NCBI GenBank assembly: GCA_036495025.1
Contig: DASXNO010000026.1
Coordinates: 1-53,359 of the forward strand
Reading direction: 5' to 3'
Length of the DNA: 53,359 nucleotides
Source: Actinomycetota bacterium
GTDB lineage: Bacteria > Actinomycetota > CADDZG01 > JAHWKV01 > JAOPZY01
Part shown: piece by piece, positions 1 through 8,107 of the stretch
How positions within the stretch are numbered: position 1 is the first letter of the stretch
Layout: each line of letters begins with the position of its first letter
The notes under the pieces: model-generated
What the model was told of the DNA's origin: nothing
Database searches by the model: none
The model's input: only the letters and a program-made list of their open reading frames with translations
Translations under genes and position numbers: made by a program

Positions 1-1089
1 ATCGCCAGCCCGACACCCAGCCCAGGGGGGACCAGCCCGGGCCTCGGACCCGCGTCGGCCGCGCAGGCGCCAGCGGTCACGTCGGCGGCCGGTGCTGCGG
101 TCTCCCCGACGGACACGCCCGCATCACCACCCATTCCACCGCTCCCGAACGCGGTGCCGCCGCCGTCACCCAGGCACGCCCCCGTCGTGGCGAAACCGCC
201 ACCGCCGCCCGCCCTCCGCACGACGCCGCCCCGGCCACCCCCCAGCTCCAACCCGATCCCGCCGCCGCCGCTGCCGCCGAAGGGCCAGCGGATCGCGTTC
301 ACGGGAACCATGAACGGGAGGCCGTCGATCTATGTCACCGATCCCACCGGCAGCGTCGTGATCCGGTTGACGAAGAGCCCGGTGGGCCAGGACTCGCAGC
401 CGGTGTGGTCACCGGACGGGTCGAGGATCGCCTTCACGAGCACGAGGGACGGCAGCCGGCAGGTCTACGTGATGAACGCCGACGGGAGCAACCAGCACCG
501 CCTGACCGACGGGACTGCCAACAACTACGATCCCGCCTGGGATCCGACCGGGGCCACGATTGCCTATGTGACCGACCAGGCCGGGACTCCCCAGATCTAC
601 GCGATCAGTGCCCTGGGGGGGAAGGGCGAGTACGCGGGCCCGACTCCTGCCCAGAACTACGCGACCTCCACGTTCGCGCAGCCCGTGTTCTCACCCGATG
701 GCCAGACGCTGGCGGCGACCGTGGTGCTCGGCGGCACGGTGGTCGTGACCTGGAAGGTCTCCGGCGCCCTCCTCTCCATCCTCAACATGCCCCCGATCCC
801 CCAGGTGCAGAACCCGGCCTGGTCACCCGACGGCTCGGAGATCGCCTACGGCAGCTCCAACGTCAACGTCCAGGTCTGGGTCATGGCTCCGGACGGGTCC
901 GCCAAGTCGGCCCTGACCGCCGGCCCGTCGAACAACACCGAGCCCCGGTTCTCCCCGACGGGGGATCGCGTCGTCTTCGTCACCGACCGGGTCGGGCTCC
1001 GGCAGGTGTGGTCGATGAACCGCGACGGGAGCCAGCAGACGCTGGTGGTCAACGTGCCGGGCGAGACCTACGATCCGTCCTGGGGATGA
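1..1089 (+). CDS. TolB-like PD40/WD40 beta-propeller repeat protein, 5' partial (Pro-rich linker, then repeats)
   Basis: Frame 1 is open from base 1; the track ORF starts at an internal GTG at 154. Five repeats resemble PD40 units, e.g. WSPDGSRIAFTSTRDGSRQVYVMNADGSNQHRLT, WSPDGSEIAYGS..VQVWVMAPDGS and FSPTGDRVVFVTDRVGLRQVWSMNRDGS. Third codon positions are GC-rich. Confidence 0.75.
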   Translation: MASPTPSPGGTSPGLGPASAAQAPAVTSAAGAAVSPTDTPASPPIPPLPNAVPPPSPRHAPVVAKPPPPPALRTTPPRPPPSSNPIPPPPLPPKGQRIAFTGTMNGRPSIYVTDPTGSVVIRLTKSPVGQDSQPVWSPDGSRIAFTSTRDGSRQVYVMNADGSNQHRLTDGTANNYDPAWDPTGATIAYVTDQAGTPQIYAISALGGKGEYAGPTPAQNYATSTFAQPVFSPDGQTLAATVVLGGTVVVTWKVSGALLSILNMPPIPQVQNPAWSPDGSEIAYGSSNVNVQVWVMAPDGSAKSALTAGPSNNTEPRFSPTGDRVVFVTDRVGLRQVWSMNRDGSQQTLVVNVPGETYDPSWG

Positions 1090-1283
1090 GGAGGTCGTGA
1101 CCCGTTGCCCCCGCCCAACCGCTTATCTTTAGTTCTCAAGGAGCGGCCTTCATCGTAGATGATCGAACACGTGTTTGCAAGTGGCCTGCATGCGGTTGGT
1201 CGGAAAAGTGTTCGCTGGGCGATCAACATCCTTGCCACCATTGCTGGCGAATCGCCTGCCTGCATACCATTGTCTAGATTGAT

Positions 1284-1931
1284 CTATGTTCTCGGGACCT
1301 GTAGCGACCCCCGCAAGGCCTCGCTGAGCCACCGGGCCGCCGCGGCCGGATCCTCCGCTTCTGTGAGCGCCCGGACGACGGCGACCCGACCCGCCCCGGC
1401 CCCGAGGACCTCCATCAGGTTCGAGCGGTCTATGCCGCCGATGGCGAAGAAGGGCTGGGCCGGGTGCTCGGCAGCGAAGCGGACGAGTTCCGTGCCCACC
1501 GCCGGGCGGCCGGGCTTGGTGGGCGTCGCGTAGACCGGGCCCACCGCAACGTAATCGGCCTCCGAGGAGGCGGCGGCAAGGACCTCCCCGGGAGCGTGCG
1601 TCGAGAGGCCGATCACGGCCTGGGGGCCCATCTGCCGGCGGGCCTCCGCCGGGGAGAGGTCCTGCTGGCCGACGTGGACCCCGTCGGCCCCGGCGGCGAT
1701 CGCAAGGTCCACCCGGTCGTTGACGAGGAAGAGGGCCCCGAACTCACGGGTGCGCCGCCGGACGACCGCGGCGAGCTCGAGGAGCGGCCGGGCTTCCAGG
1801 TGCTTGTCCCGGAGCTGCACGATGTCGACGCCGGCCTCGAGGACCCGGGGCAGAAACTCGTTCAGTGGCCCTGCCGGAGGATTCCCCGGCGTCACGAGGT
1901 AGAGCCGTGCGGCGAGAAGGCGTTCGTTCAT
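1284..1931 (-). CDS. thiE: Thiamine-phosphate synthase
   Basis: ThiE-like motifs: LYLVTPG, VDIVQLRDK, FLVNDRVDLAIAAGADGVHVGQ, GLSTH, DYVAVGPVYATPTKPG, FFAIGGI. ATG at 1931 is preferred (AGGGG lies 5-9 nt upstream) over GTG at 1946. Confidence 0.9.
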   Translation of the reverse strand: MNERLLAARLYLVTPGNPPAGPLNEFLPRVLEAGVDIVQLRDKHLEARPLLELAAVVRRRTREFGALFLVNDRVDLAIAAGADGVHVGQQDLSPAEARRQMGPQAVIGLSTHAPGEVLAAASSEADYVAVGPVYATPTKPGRPAVGTELVRFAAEHPAQPFFAIGGIDRSNLMEVLGAGAGRVAVVRALTEAEDPAAAARWLSEALRGSLQVPRT

Positions 1932-1980
1932 CGTGCCCCTGACCACAACTTGACCACAAAGGCATTCCCGCCGGACGTTC

Positions 1981-2018
1981 GGTGTGGATCGCGCGTATGC
2001 GCGCGATTCCGGACTACC
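1981..2018. repeat. Palindromic element copy A in the thiE leader (perfect 8-bp stem ATCGCGCG/CGCGCGAT at 1988-2007, plus conserved flank)
   Basis: 29/38 ungapped identities to the reverse complement of 12559-12596. Relative to the local transcript, both copies are in the same sense. Confidence 0.6.
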
Positions 2019-2034
2019 TTCCCTGCCAAAGGCC

Positions 2035-2070
2035 GAACATGGACCCGGACATGGGCCCGGACATGGAGGA
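2035..2070. repeat. 3 x 12-bp tandem direct repeat (GAACATGGACCC / GGACATGGGCCC / GGACATGGAGGA) upstream of thiE
   Basis: Read directly from the sequence. It sits between the upstream gene's terminator hairpin and the thiE leader palindrome. Confidence 0.7.
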
Positions 2071-2097
2071 AGGCCGGACCATACGGTCCGGCCTTCC
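2068..2097 (-). terminator. Intrinsic-terminator-like hairpin after the LPVTG protein gene
   Basis: Perfect 13-bp stem GGAAGGCCGGACC / GGTCCGGCCTTCC with a 4-nt loop, about 20 nt past the stop at 2117. There is no U-tract, which is common in high-GC actinobacteria. Confidence 0.6.
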
Positions 2098-2116
2098 GAA
2101 CTGAGCTGCGGTGTGT

Positions 2117-3859
2117 CTAGCCCTTGCTACCCATCAGGGCCTTGAAGCCACGGCGACCGAATGCGAGGGCGCCGAGGATGACGAGCAGGGCGACTGCGTA
2201 GTACCTGCCGGTCAGGCCACCCGTGACCGGGAGTGCCTGCCCAGTGCCGCCGCTGATCGTCGGGAGCTGGATCGTTGCCGAGCCCGCCGCGGGCACGGCG
2301 ATCGTCGACGAGCCCTGGGCGTTGCCGATGGCGCCGCTCGCCGTCACGCTCGCCTTCTCGGTGAAGGTCCCGCCTCTGGTGTTCGAGGCGACCTTCATGT
2401 GCACGACAAGGTCCTTCGTGGCGCCTGGATCCAGCGGTCCGACGTCGTTCCACGTGATGGTCGAGTAGGTGGTGGAGTCAGCCTTCGGGTCCTCACCGAG
2501 GATGCTGAACCGGACACCGGACGTGCCGGTGATGGTGTCCACGACCTTGACGCCCGTGAGCGTGCAGGCGTGGGGGTTGTGCACGTGGATGATGTAGTTG
2601 AAGGAATCGCCGGGGTTGACGTGATCCGGCTGCGCCTCCTTGCTGACGTCGACCTGGCAGAGGATGCCGCCCGGAGGAACCGTGGCGGCTGCCTCCATGT
2701 GACCGACCCGCACGTCGGCGAGACCGGGTGCATTCACCATGGCGAGGTCGACTTCACCCGAGACCGACGACCCGTCGGTTGCCGCCACCGGCGTGGATGA
2801 GGTGGATCCTCCGAGGGCGTGCGGCGGCGTGGCCACCGTGATGTGGATGAGGCCGAGGGGAATGTCGAGTCCCTGGCCACCAATGAGCTGCTGAGCGGTG
2901 ACGACGATCGGGGTGTTCTGGGTTGCCGGCGTCGCGATCGTCAGGATCGGCGTCGTGCCGGGCGTGCCGGCCGGAGGTCCGTACTGCATGTAGGCCTGGC
3001 CGGGAACACCGGTGGCGACCGCCGCGAGGCGGATCGGGCCGACGACCGTGATGGTCACGGCGCCGCCGAGCAGCCCGATCGGAGCGTAGGTCTGGACGTT
3101 CTCGGACATGAGCCCGACGCCCGTGCCGCCCCCGACCGGGTTGCCGTTGGTGTCGGTCTGCGGGACGAAGCGCGTGCGGGACGTGGTGGAGAGCTCACCG
3201 GGGGCGTTGACGACCGCCGTTGGGTTGGGCGAGCCGACCGCCGTGGCGTTGACGAGGTGGCCGAAGCCGTTGCTCATGTCCTGACCGAGCAGGCAGCCGT
3301 TGTTGCCCTGGGGATCGGTGTCCCAGCTGGCCTGGGCCCTACCCTCAGCAAGGGTGGCGTTCAGAACAGGGTCCAGGGCGAGGTTGGTCTTGTTGTCGAT
3401 CAGCCCGCTGTTCGGCGGGGCCGTGGCGGTTGCCTTCTGGGTGATGAGAGCGCTGGCCGTGGCGACCGGGTTGTTCTGGCCAATGCCCAGCTCGACGCCG
3501 GCACCCCGGGCGCCCGACTTCTTGGTGGGGTCAGCGGCCTGGATGACCGTGTTGACCTTGCTGTCGATCTGGTTGCTGAAGCCCTGCGAGTTCAGTGCCG
3601 CCCCTGCATAGGCCTGGTCAAGCTCGGCGAGCGTCGTCGGACCTTGGTTCAGGACGCCGGTGTGAACGACCATGCCGGAGGCGTAGCCGTTGAAGTTCGC
3701 CGAAGCCACAGGAGTCTGTGCGGGGGCGGGTGCCGCCAATGCCAGTACCCCTGCCACCCCCATCAGGGACACCGTAACTCCTGAAGCTAGAGCCCTCGAC
3801 AGAGTTCTCCGTGTCGTACTTGATGCCCCCACGCCTCCTCCTTCCTTCTTGGTCGTCAT
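2117..3859 (-). CDS. Secreted cell-wall-anchored surface protein (LPVTG sortase substrate, DUF11-like repeat near the C-terminus)
   Basis: N-terminal signal-like segment VSLMGVAGVLALAAPAPAQT. C-terminal sorting signal LPVTG followed by a hydrophobic stretch (YYAVALLVILGALAF) and a basic tail (GRRGFK). The start is uncertain: ATG 3859 is chosen, and the ORF also extends to ATG 3952. Confidence 0.85.
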   Translation of the reverse strand: MTTKKEGGGVGASSTTRRTLSRALASGVTVSLMGVAGVLALAAPAPAQTPVASANFNGYASGMVVHTGVLNQGPTTLAELDQAYAGAALNSQGFSNQIDSKVNTVIQAADPTKKSGARGAGVELGIGQNNPVATASALITQKATATAPPNSGLIDNKTNLALDPVLNATLAEGRAQASWDTDPQGNNGCLLGQDMSNGFGHLVNATAVGSPNPTAVVNAPGELSTTSRTRFVPQTDTNGNPVGGGTGVGLMSENVQTYAPIGLLGGAVTITVVGPIRLAAVATGVPGQAYMQYGPPAGTPGTTPILTIATPATQNTPIVVTAQQLIGGQGLDIPLGLIHITVATPPHALGGSTSSTPVAATDGSSVSGEVDLAMVNAPGLADVRVGHMEAAATVPPGGILCQVDVSKEAQPDHVNPGDSFNYIIHVHNPHACTLTGVKVVDTITGTSGVRFSILGEDPKADSTTYSTITWNDVGPLDPGATKDLVVHMKVASNTRGGTFTEKASVTASGAIGNAQGSSTIAVPAAGSATIQLPTISGGTGQALPVTGGLTGRYYAVALLVILGALAFGRRGFKALMGSKG

Positions 3860-4530
3860 ACCGACCCTTTGGTGAACCGGAGCCCTCCGGTTCGTCTGGC
3901 TCTGTTTCCCATCGGTGAAACTTTGTAGCCCGTTCTCTGTAGACAAACGCATGACGGACCGAAACTACATCGCCAAGTCATGGGGTTTGTCACGTACCGT
4001 GTCCGTTCGAGAAGATTGACCTCCTTGCGTTCGGGGACTTATACGACATACGACACGAACCAGTCAAAGGTTGGAACACGTCCAAAAACCTCCATTATTT
4101 GGGATTTTCAGGGCACCCCGACGAACGTCGCCTCGCCCTGGCCATTTGCCTAGTCACACGGCCGTGCTTCGGGTGGAACCCTAGCCGTCCGCCGGGGTGA
4201 TTCGCAAGCTTTTCGCGGCGCCGGTCCCGCCACCGGTGATCCCGCATCCCCAACCGCTCGAAAAGCGCCAGTCCGTCCCGGGGGCGCGCCCAGGCATTCG
4301 GGGGAGGGAGGCGTGAGCCGGACGGACGAAATTCTGCCCGGTTTGCCCTCTTTGACAGGGAGGTCGGATGATATTTCCGCTCTCGGCGACGTTTTGCCGA
4401 ATTTCGCGTGACCAGCCCGTGTGATTTCGGGGACCGGCCCGTTAATCCCAGTGAAAGGGCTAGTTAAAGTGCCCGAGAAGAGCTACCGATCACATCAACG
4501 GATCGGAAGACCGAGAGGAGGAACTGCTCA

Positions 4531-6030
4531 GTGAAACGGCTGGTGGTGGTACCCGTGGTGATGATCTTCCTGCTGGCAGCGCTCGTGCCAGCGGCCAGTG
4601 CCGACACCCCCAACGTTGTCTTCATGGGCCAGGGGCAGAGCAACGCACTCAACCTGTCGGTCCCGCTTCTCAACTCGCTTCCGACCAGCATCCTGAGCGG
4701 CATCCTGGGCAACCTCGGGTCACTCGGCAAGGGCATCACCGCGGGCCACACCGAGTCCACCTTCGAGGGTCTCTCCAACGCCTCGGTCAACGGCCTCGCC
4801 ATCGGCCTCTGCGGACTGCTCGGGCAGAACCTGCTCTCGCTCCCGGCCACCGGCGGAACCCTTCCGGGAACGCTGCCGGCCCTGGGCGGCCTGCCCAACC
4901 TCGGAGGCCTCTGCAGCGGCCAGACGCAGGCGACCTCGAGCTCGGTGGGTAGCCACGGCAGCACAACCCAGGCCTGCCAGGACCTGAACATCGCCATCCT
5001 CGACATCAAGACCGCGTGCTCGCAGTCCTACTCGACGATCGACGGCGGTCGTCCGGTCAGCCAGAACAACGCAGGCGTCGCCGAGATCGACGTCGCCCTG
5101 CTCCCGAACGTCCTCGGTGGGCTCGGCCTGAACAGCCTGCTCGGCAGCCTCGGCCTCGGCAACCTGCTCGGCACGACCACCACGGCAGGCTCCCTGCCGG
5201 TCGTCAGCCAGCTTCCCGTCGGCCCCCTCGTCGACAACCTGCTCAACGGCCTGCTGAAGGGCGTCGCAGGCAGCGCCGGCGTCCCGCTTGCCACGAACGA
5301 CCTCGTGAGCACGCTGACCAACACCCTGCAGCAGGTGCTCGGCAACGCCGGCAACCTCATCACGATCCGCCTCGGCGCCGGCTCGTCCGTCGTGTCGAAC
5401 AACGGGTCGGCCACGCAGGAGACCACGCAGGCAGCCGGCGCACACATCGGCCTCATCGCCGACCTCATCCAGATCGACGTGGGCGCAGCCAACTCCACGG
5501 TGAGCTGGAACGACGCAACCGGTCAGGCGAGCGGCGACGCTTCGCCCGCAATCGCCACCATCAAGATCGCCAACCCGCTTGGGGGCGCTCCCCTGCTGAA
5601 CCTCCCGCTGAGCCTCCCGAGCCTGAGCGGTCTGCTCGGAGGGCTGGGCGGCCTCACCCAGGCGGATCAGGCGGGCGACCTGACCCTGCTGGCCGGTACG
5701 CCGCTGGAGACCACGATCAAGATCGCCAGCGCAACGCCGCACCAGTCGGGCCGCAACGTCACCTCCTCGTCGGATGGTGTCTCGATCCTGGCCCTGAAGG
5801 GCCTGGGGGCCTCGACGCTCGGAGCCATGGACGGCGGTCTTCGCCTGCAGCTTGCCTCGTCGAGCGCCTCCGTCGCCGGTGACATCCTGAAGGTCCAGGC
5901 GGCTGCTCCCTCGCTTCCCATCACCGGTGGACGCAGCTATGTCTTCCTCGCCGGTGCTGCGTTCATGGCAGTTGCCGCAGCCCACGTCATCCGCAGCTCC
6001 CGGCGTCTCCGGGCGGGGGCGAAAGGCTAG
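4531..6030 (+). CDS. Secreted Leu/Gly/Ser/Asn-rich surface protein (LPITG sortase substrate)
   Basis: GAGGAGG lies upstream of GTG 4531. Signal peptide MKRLVVVPVVMIFLLAALVPAASA. C-terminus is LPITGG + SYVFLAGAAFMAVAAAHV + RSSRRLR. No domain recognised. Confidence 0.85.
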   Translation: MKRLVVVPVVMIFLLAALVPAASADTPNVVFMGQGQSNALNLSVPLLNSLPTSILSGILGNLGSLGKGITAGHTESTFEGLSNASVNGLAIGLCGLLGQNLLSLPATGGTLPGTLPALGGLPNLGGLCSGQTQATSSSVGSHGSTTQACQDLNIAILDIKTACSQSYSTIDGGRPVSQNNAGVAEIDVALLPNVLGGLGLNSLLGSLGLGNLLGTTTTAGSLPVVSQLPVGPLVDNLLNGLLKGVAGSAGVPLATNDLVSTLTNTLQQVLGNAGNLITIRLGAGSSVVSNNGSATQETTQAAGAHIGLIADLIQIDVGAANSTVSWNDATGQASGDASPAIATIKIANPLGGAPLLNLPLSLPSLSGLLGGLGGLTQADQAGDLTLLAGTPLETTIKIASATPHQSGRNVTSSSDGVSILALKGLGASTLGAMDGGLRLQLASSSASVAGDILKVQAAAPSLPITGGRSYVFLAGAAFMAVAAAHVIRSSRRLRAGAKG

Positions 6031-6078
6031 GCGGCCGGTACCAGGGACCAAGGAACAGCCTGAGTTGTCAGGGCAACG

Positions 6079-6795
6079 ATGAGCAAAGAAAGGCAGAGGG
6101 ATCGCCGAGTGACGTATCGAGCGACCCCGAAGGCTCGGCGTGCGCTCGCCACCATCCTGTCGTGTCTCGCGATAGCGATGGTGGCGGGCGCCGTGGGTCT
6201 CCTCGGGTACCCCACGTACACGAATATCCGAGCCAGCCGGGAGCAGAAGGCCCTCCGCACGGAGTTCCTGACGTCCGCCAAGCTGAAGCAGGCCTACCAG
6301 GCGGCCTCCTCCGGGGGCGCCTCGGGGAGCAAGGTCACGCTCGCCGAGGGTTCCGCGGTCACCCGCATCCAGATCCCCAAGATCGGCCTGGACACGGTGG
6401 TGGTCCAGGGCACGTCCGACCAGGCCCTGGCGGCCGGGTCGGGGCACTACCCGCAGACTCCCCTGCCGTGCTCGCCGCAGGGCAACGTGGGGATCGCCGG
6501 GCACCGGACGATGAACGGTCACCCGTTCCAGCGCCTCGACCAGCTGGCCGCGGGCGACAAGGTGATCCTGACGACACCGTTCCAGACGTGCACCTACCAG
6601 ATCCTGGCGAGCGTCGACGGCCACGCCAACCCGTACGTCACCGATCCCAACGACTGGACCGTCATCGCCCAGACACCAAAGCCGATGCTCACGATGAGCA
6701 CCTGCACACCCGAGGGAACCGCACGCCAGCGCCTGGTTGCCCGCGCGCAGCTCGTCTCCACGACCAGCACGGTTCCGGGTGCCTCGGTCAAGTAG
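6079..6795 (+). CDS. Sortase (class E-like), copy 1
   Basis: N-terminal TM anchor. Motifs IPKIGLDTVVVQGTSD, AGHRTMNGHPF (catalytic His), LTMSTCTP (TLxTC Cys) and QRLVARA (Arg). Confidence 0.9.
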   Translation: MSKERQRDRRVTYRATPKARRALATILSCLAIAMVAGAVGLLGYPTYTNIRASREQKALRTEFLTSAKLKQAYQAASSGGASGSKVTLAEGSAVTRIQIPKIGLDTVVVQGTSDQALAAGSGHYPQTPLPCSPQGNVGIAGHRTMNGHPFQRLDQLAAGDKVILTTPFQTCTYQILASVDGHANPYVTDPNDWTVIAQTPKPMLTMSTCTPEGTARQRLVARAQLVSTTSTVPGASVK

Positions 6796-6895
6796 CTGCC
6801 ATGAGGCAGAAATATCCAAGTAGCGAACAAAAGTGCCGAGGTAGCAGAATTGACCGCCTGTCAAAGAGCCGCAGCTCAGAGGAGGGGCCCACACC

Positions 6896-8050
6896 ATGAA
6901 CGCCAAACGTCTGCTCGGGTCCCTCGCCGTTGCCGGGACACTCGCCGCTGCATCGATCGGTACCGCAGCTCCGGCGTTTGCCGCACCGCACATCGCCTTC
7001 ACCCTGACCCCGTCCGACGGGACCGAGGTGCCGGGCAAAACGCTCGACGCCCACGGGATCCGGGTCGCGGTATCGGCAAAGTCGGACTGCTTCGGCCTCT
7101 GCTCGATGGCGAGCCTCTCGTTCACCGTCAAGGACCCCGACGGCAACACGGTGGCCTCGGGCTCGGCGCCGTCGAACAACAGCAACTTCATCTCGGCCAG
7201 CACCACCTGGGACACGCAGCCAACCGCCAAGAAGAACGGCAATTACACGTTGGCGGCCACGGCAGCCCAGGGAGGCGTACTCGGCCTGGGGCTGACCACG
7301 AGCCCGGCCCCCGAAACCCAGCAGGCAACCCTCAAGGTCAACAACCCGCCGGTCGCCCCCACCGGGATCCAGACGGCACTCGACGCCGCGGGCGTCCCGG
7401 TGGTCAGCTGGAGCCCCAACCCGGAGCCCGACATCAAGGGCTACCAGGTCTACCGGTCCGACGGGGCACTCCAGAGCGGTCTCATCCCCGGCACCTCCTT
7501 CCGGGACGCGAACGCACCCACGGGGCAGGCCCTCAGCTACAAGGTGGCCGCCCTCCGCTTCAGCCCCGTTGACCAATCCGGCCTGATCGGCTCCGCAACC
7601 TCCGCCCAGACGGCGGCCATCACCGCTCCCGTGCCGGCAGGCGCCGCGGGCCCTCAGAACGCCGCCACGGCGGACCCGGCGAAGGGCGGCGCCGCCTCCG
7701 GCCCGATGAAGCAGCCCGTGACCCTCAGCCCGGCCAAGCCGGCGCCGATCGCCGCCCCGACGCTGCCGACCCGAGTGGTGCAGCTGCCCCAGCCCAACGT
7801 CATTCAGTTCGCCCCGCTGCTGCCCTACTCCGGCAAGGTCCCCGAGGTCCCCGTGAACTCGAACGTGCCGCCGCCCGTCGCTGCCCAGGCCGACCAGGGC
7901 CAGTCGACGGCGGTGGTCATGCCCGGTGGTGCGAACAACAAGGTGACGCCCGTCGATGCCATCAAGTACGTGGCGGCCGCAGCCTTCCTGATCGTCGCGG
8001 CGGTCCACGTCACCCGCTTCGCCCGCAAGATCCGCAACGCCCCGGTCTAG
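6896..8050 (+). CDS. Secreted Ig-like + fibronectin-type-III protein with Pro/Ala stalk and C-terminal TM anchor, copy 1
   Basis: Signal peptide ending APAFA. FN3-like NNPPVAPTG...VSWSPNPEPDIKGYQVYRS...SFRDANAPTGQALSYKVAALRFSP. C-terminus is a hydrophobic segment followed by RFARKIR. Paralogous to 9070-10197. Confidence 0.8.
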   Translation: MNAKRLLGSLAVAGTLAAASIGTAAPAFAAPHIAFTLTPSDGTEVPGKTLDAHGIRVAVSAKSDCFGLCSMASLSFTVKDPDGNTVASGSAPSNNSNFISASTTWDTQPTAKKNGNYTLAATAAQGGVLGLGLTTSPAPETQQATLKVNNPPVAPTGIQTALDAAGVPVVSWSPNPEPDIKGYQVYRSDGALQSGLIPGTSFRDANAPTGQALSYKVAALRFSPVDQSGLIGSATSAQTAAITAPVPAGAAGPQNAATADPAKGGAASGPMKQPVTLSPAKPAPIAAPTLPTRVVQLPQPNVIQFAPLLPYSGKVPEVPVNSNVPPPVAAQADQGQSTAVVMPGGANNKVTPVDAIKYVAAAAFLIVAAVHVTRFARKIRNAPV

Positions 8051-8107
8051 GCAACTCTGACCAGCCCTCCGTGCCTCAAGACCCTGAAGAGCGGGTAAAG
8101 TAGGCCG

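Noticed and set aside
1090-1283. Lower-GC ~190-bp gap between convergent TolB-like and thiE genes, with small ORFs (1159-1533 +, 1068-1265 -, 1150-1332 -)
   Set aside because: The small ORFs run into thiE antisense or lack an RBS, any motif or GC3 bias. I could not fold a tRNA-like or other known RNA. The region probably holds terminators only. Unexplained, but low priority.
2035-2070. Short tandem repeats (here, 11365-11400, 14073-14117 and 52936-52968) as possible CRISPR arrays
   Set aside because: The units are 11-18 bp and directly adjacent with no spacers, and two of them are in-frame coding repeats. No cas genes are present.
1947-2116. Expected TPP riboswitch upstream of thiE
   Set aside because: I searched both strands by eye for the CUGAGA and ACCUGAUC...AAUGCC...AGGGA cores. 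Only a weak GAACGTCCGGCGGGAATGCC resemblance was found, so no riboswitch is called.
4337-4348. GGGCAAACCGGG on the minus strand, reminiscent of the GGCAAACC core of c-di-GMP-I (GEMM) riboswitches, upstream of a surface-protein gene
   Set aside because: The remaining conserved GEMM-I elements (a GACGCAAAGCC-like segment and paired tetraloop/receptor helices) are not evident nearby. A single 8-mer is insufficient evidence. An Rfam scan would settle it.
4720-7242. 840-aa minus-strand ORF spanning the LPITG protein and sortase 1 genes
   Set aside because: The translation is Arg/Gly/Ala/Asp-rich and low-complexity with no recognisable motif. It lies antisense to two genes with strong signatures (signal peptide + LPITG; sortase TLxTC). 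This is a typical shadow ORF in high-GC DNA.
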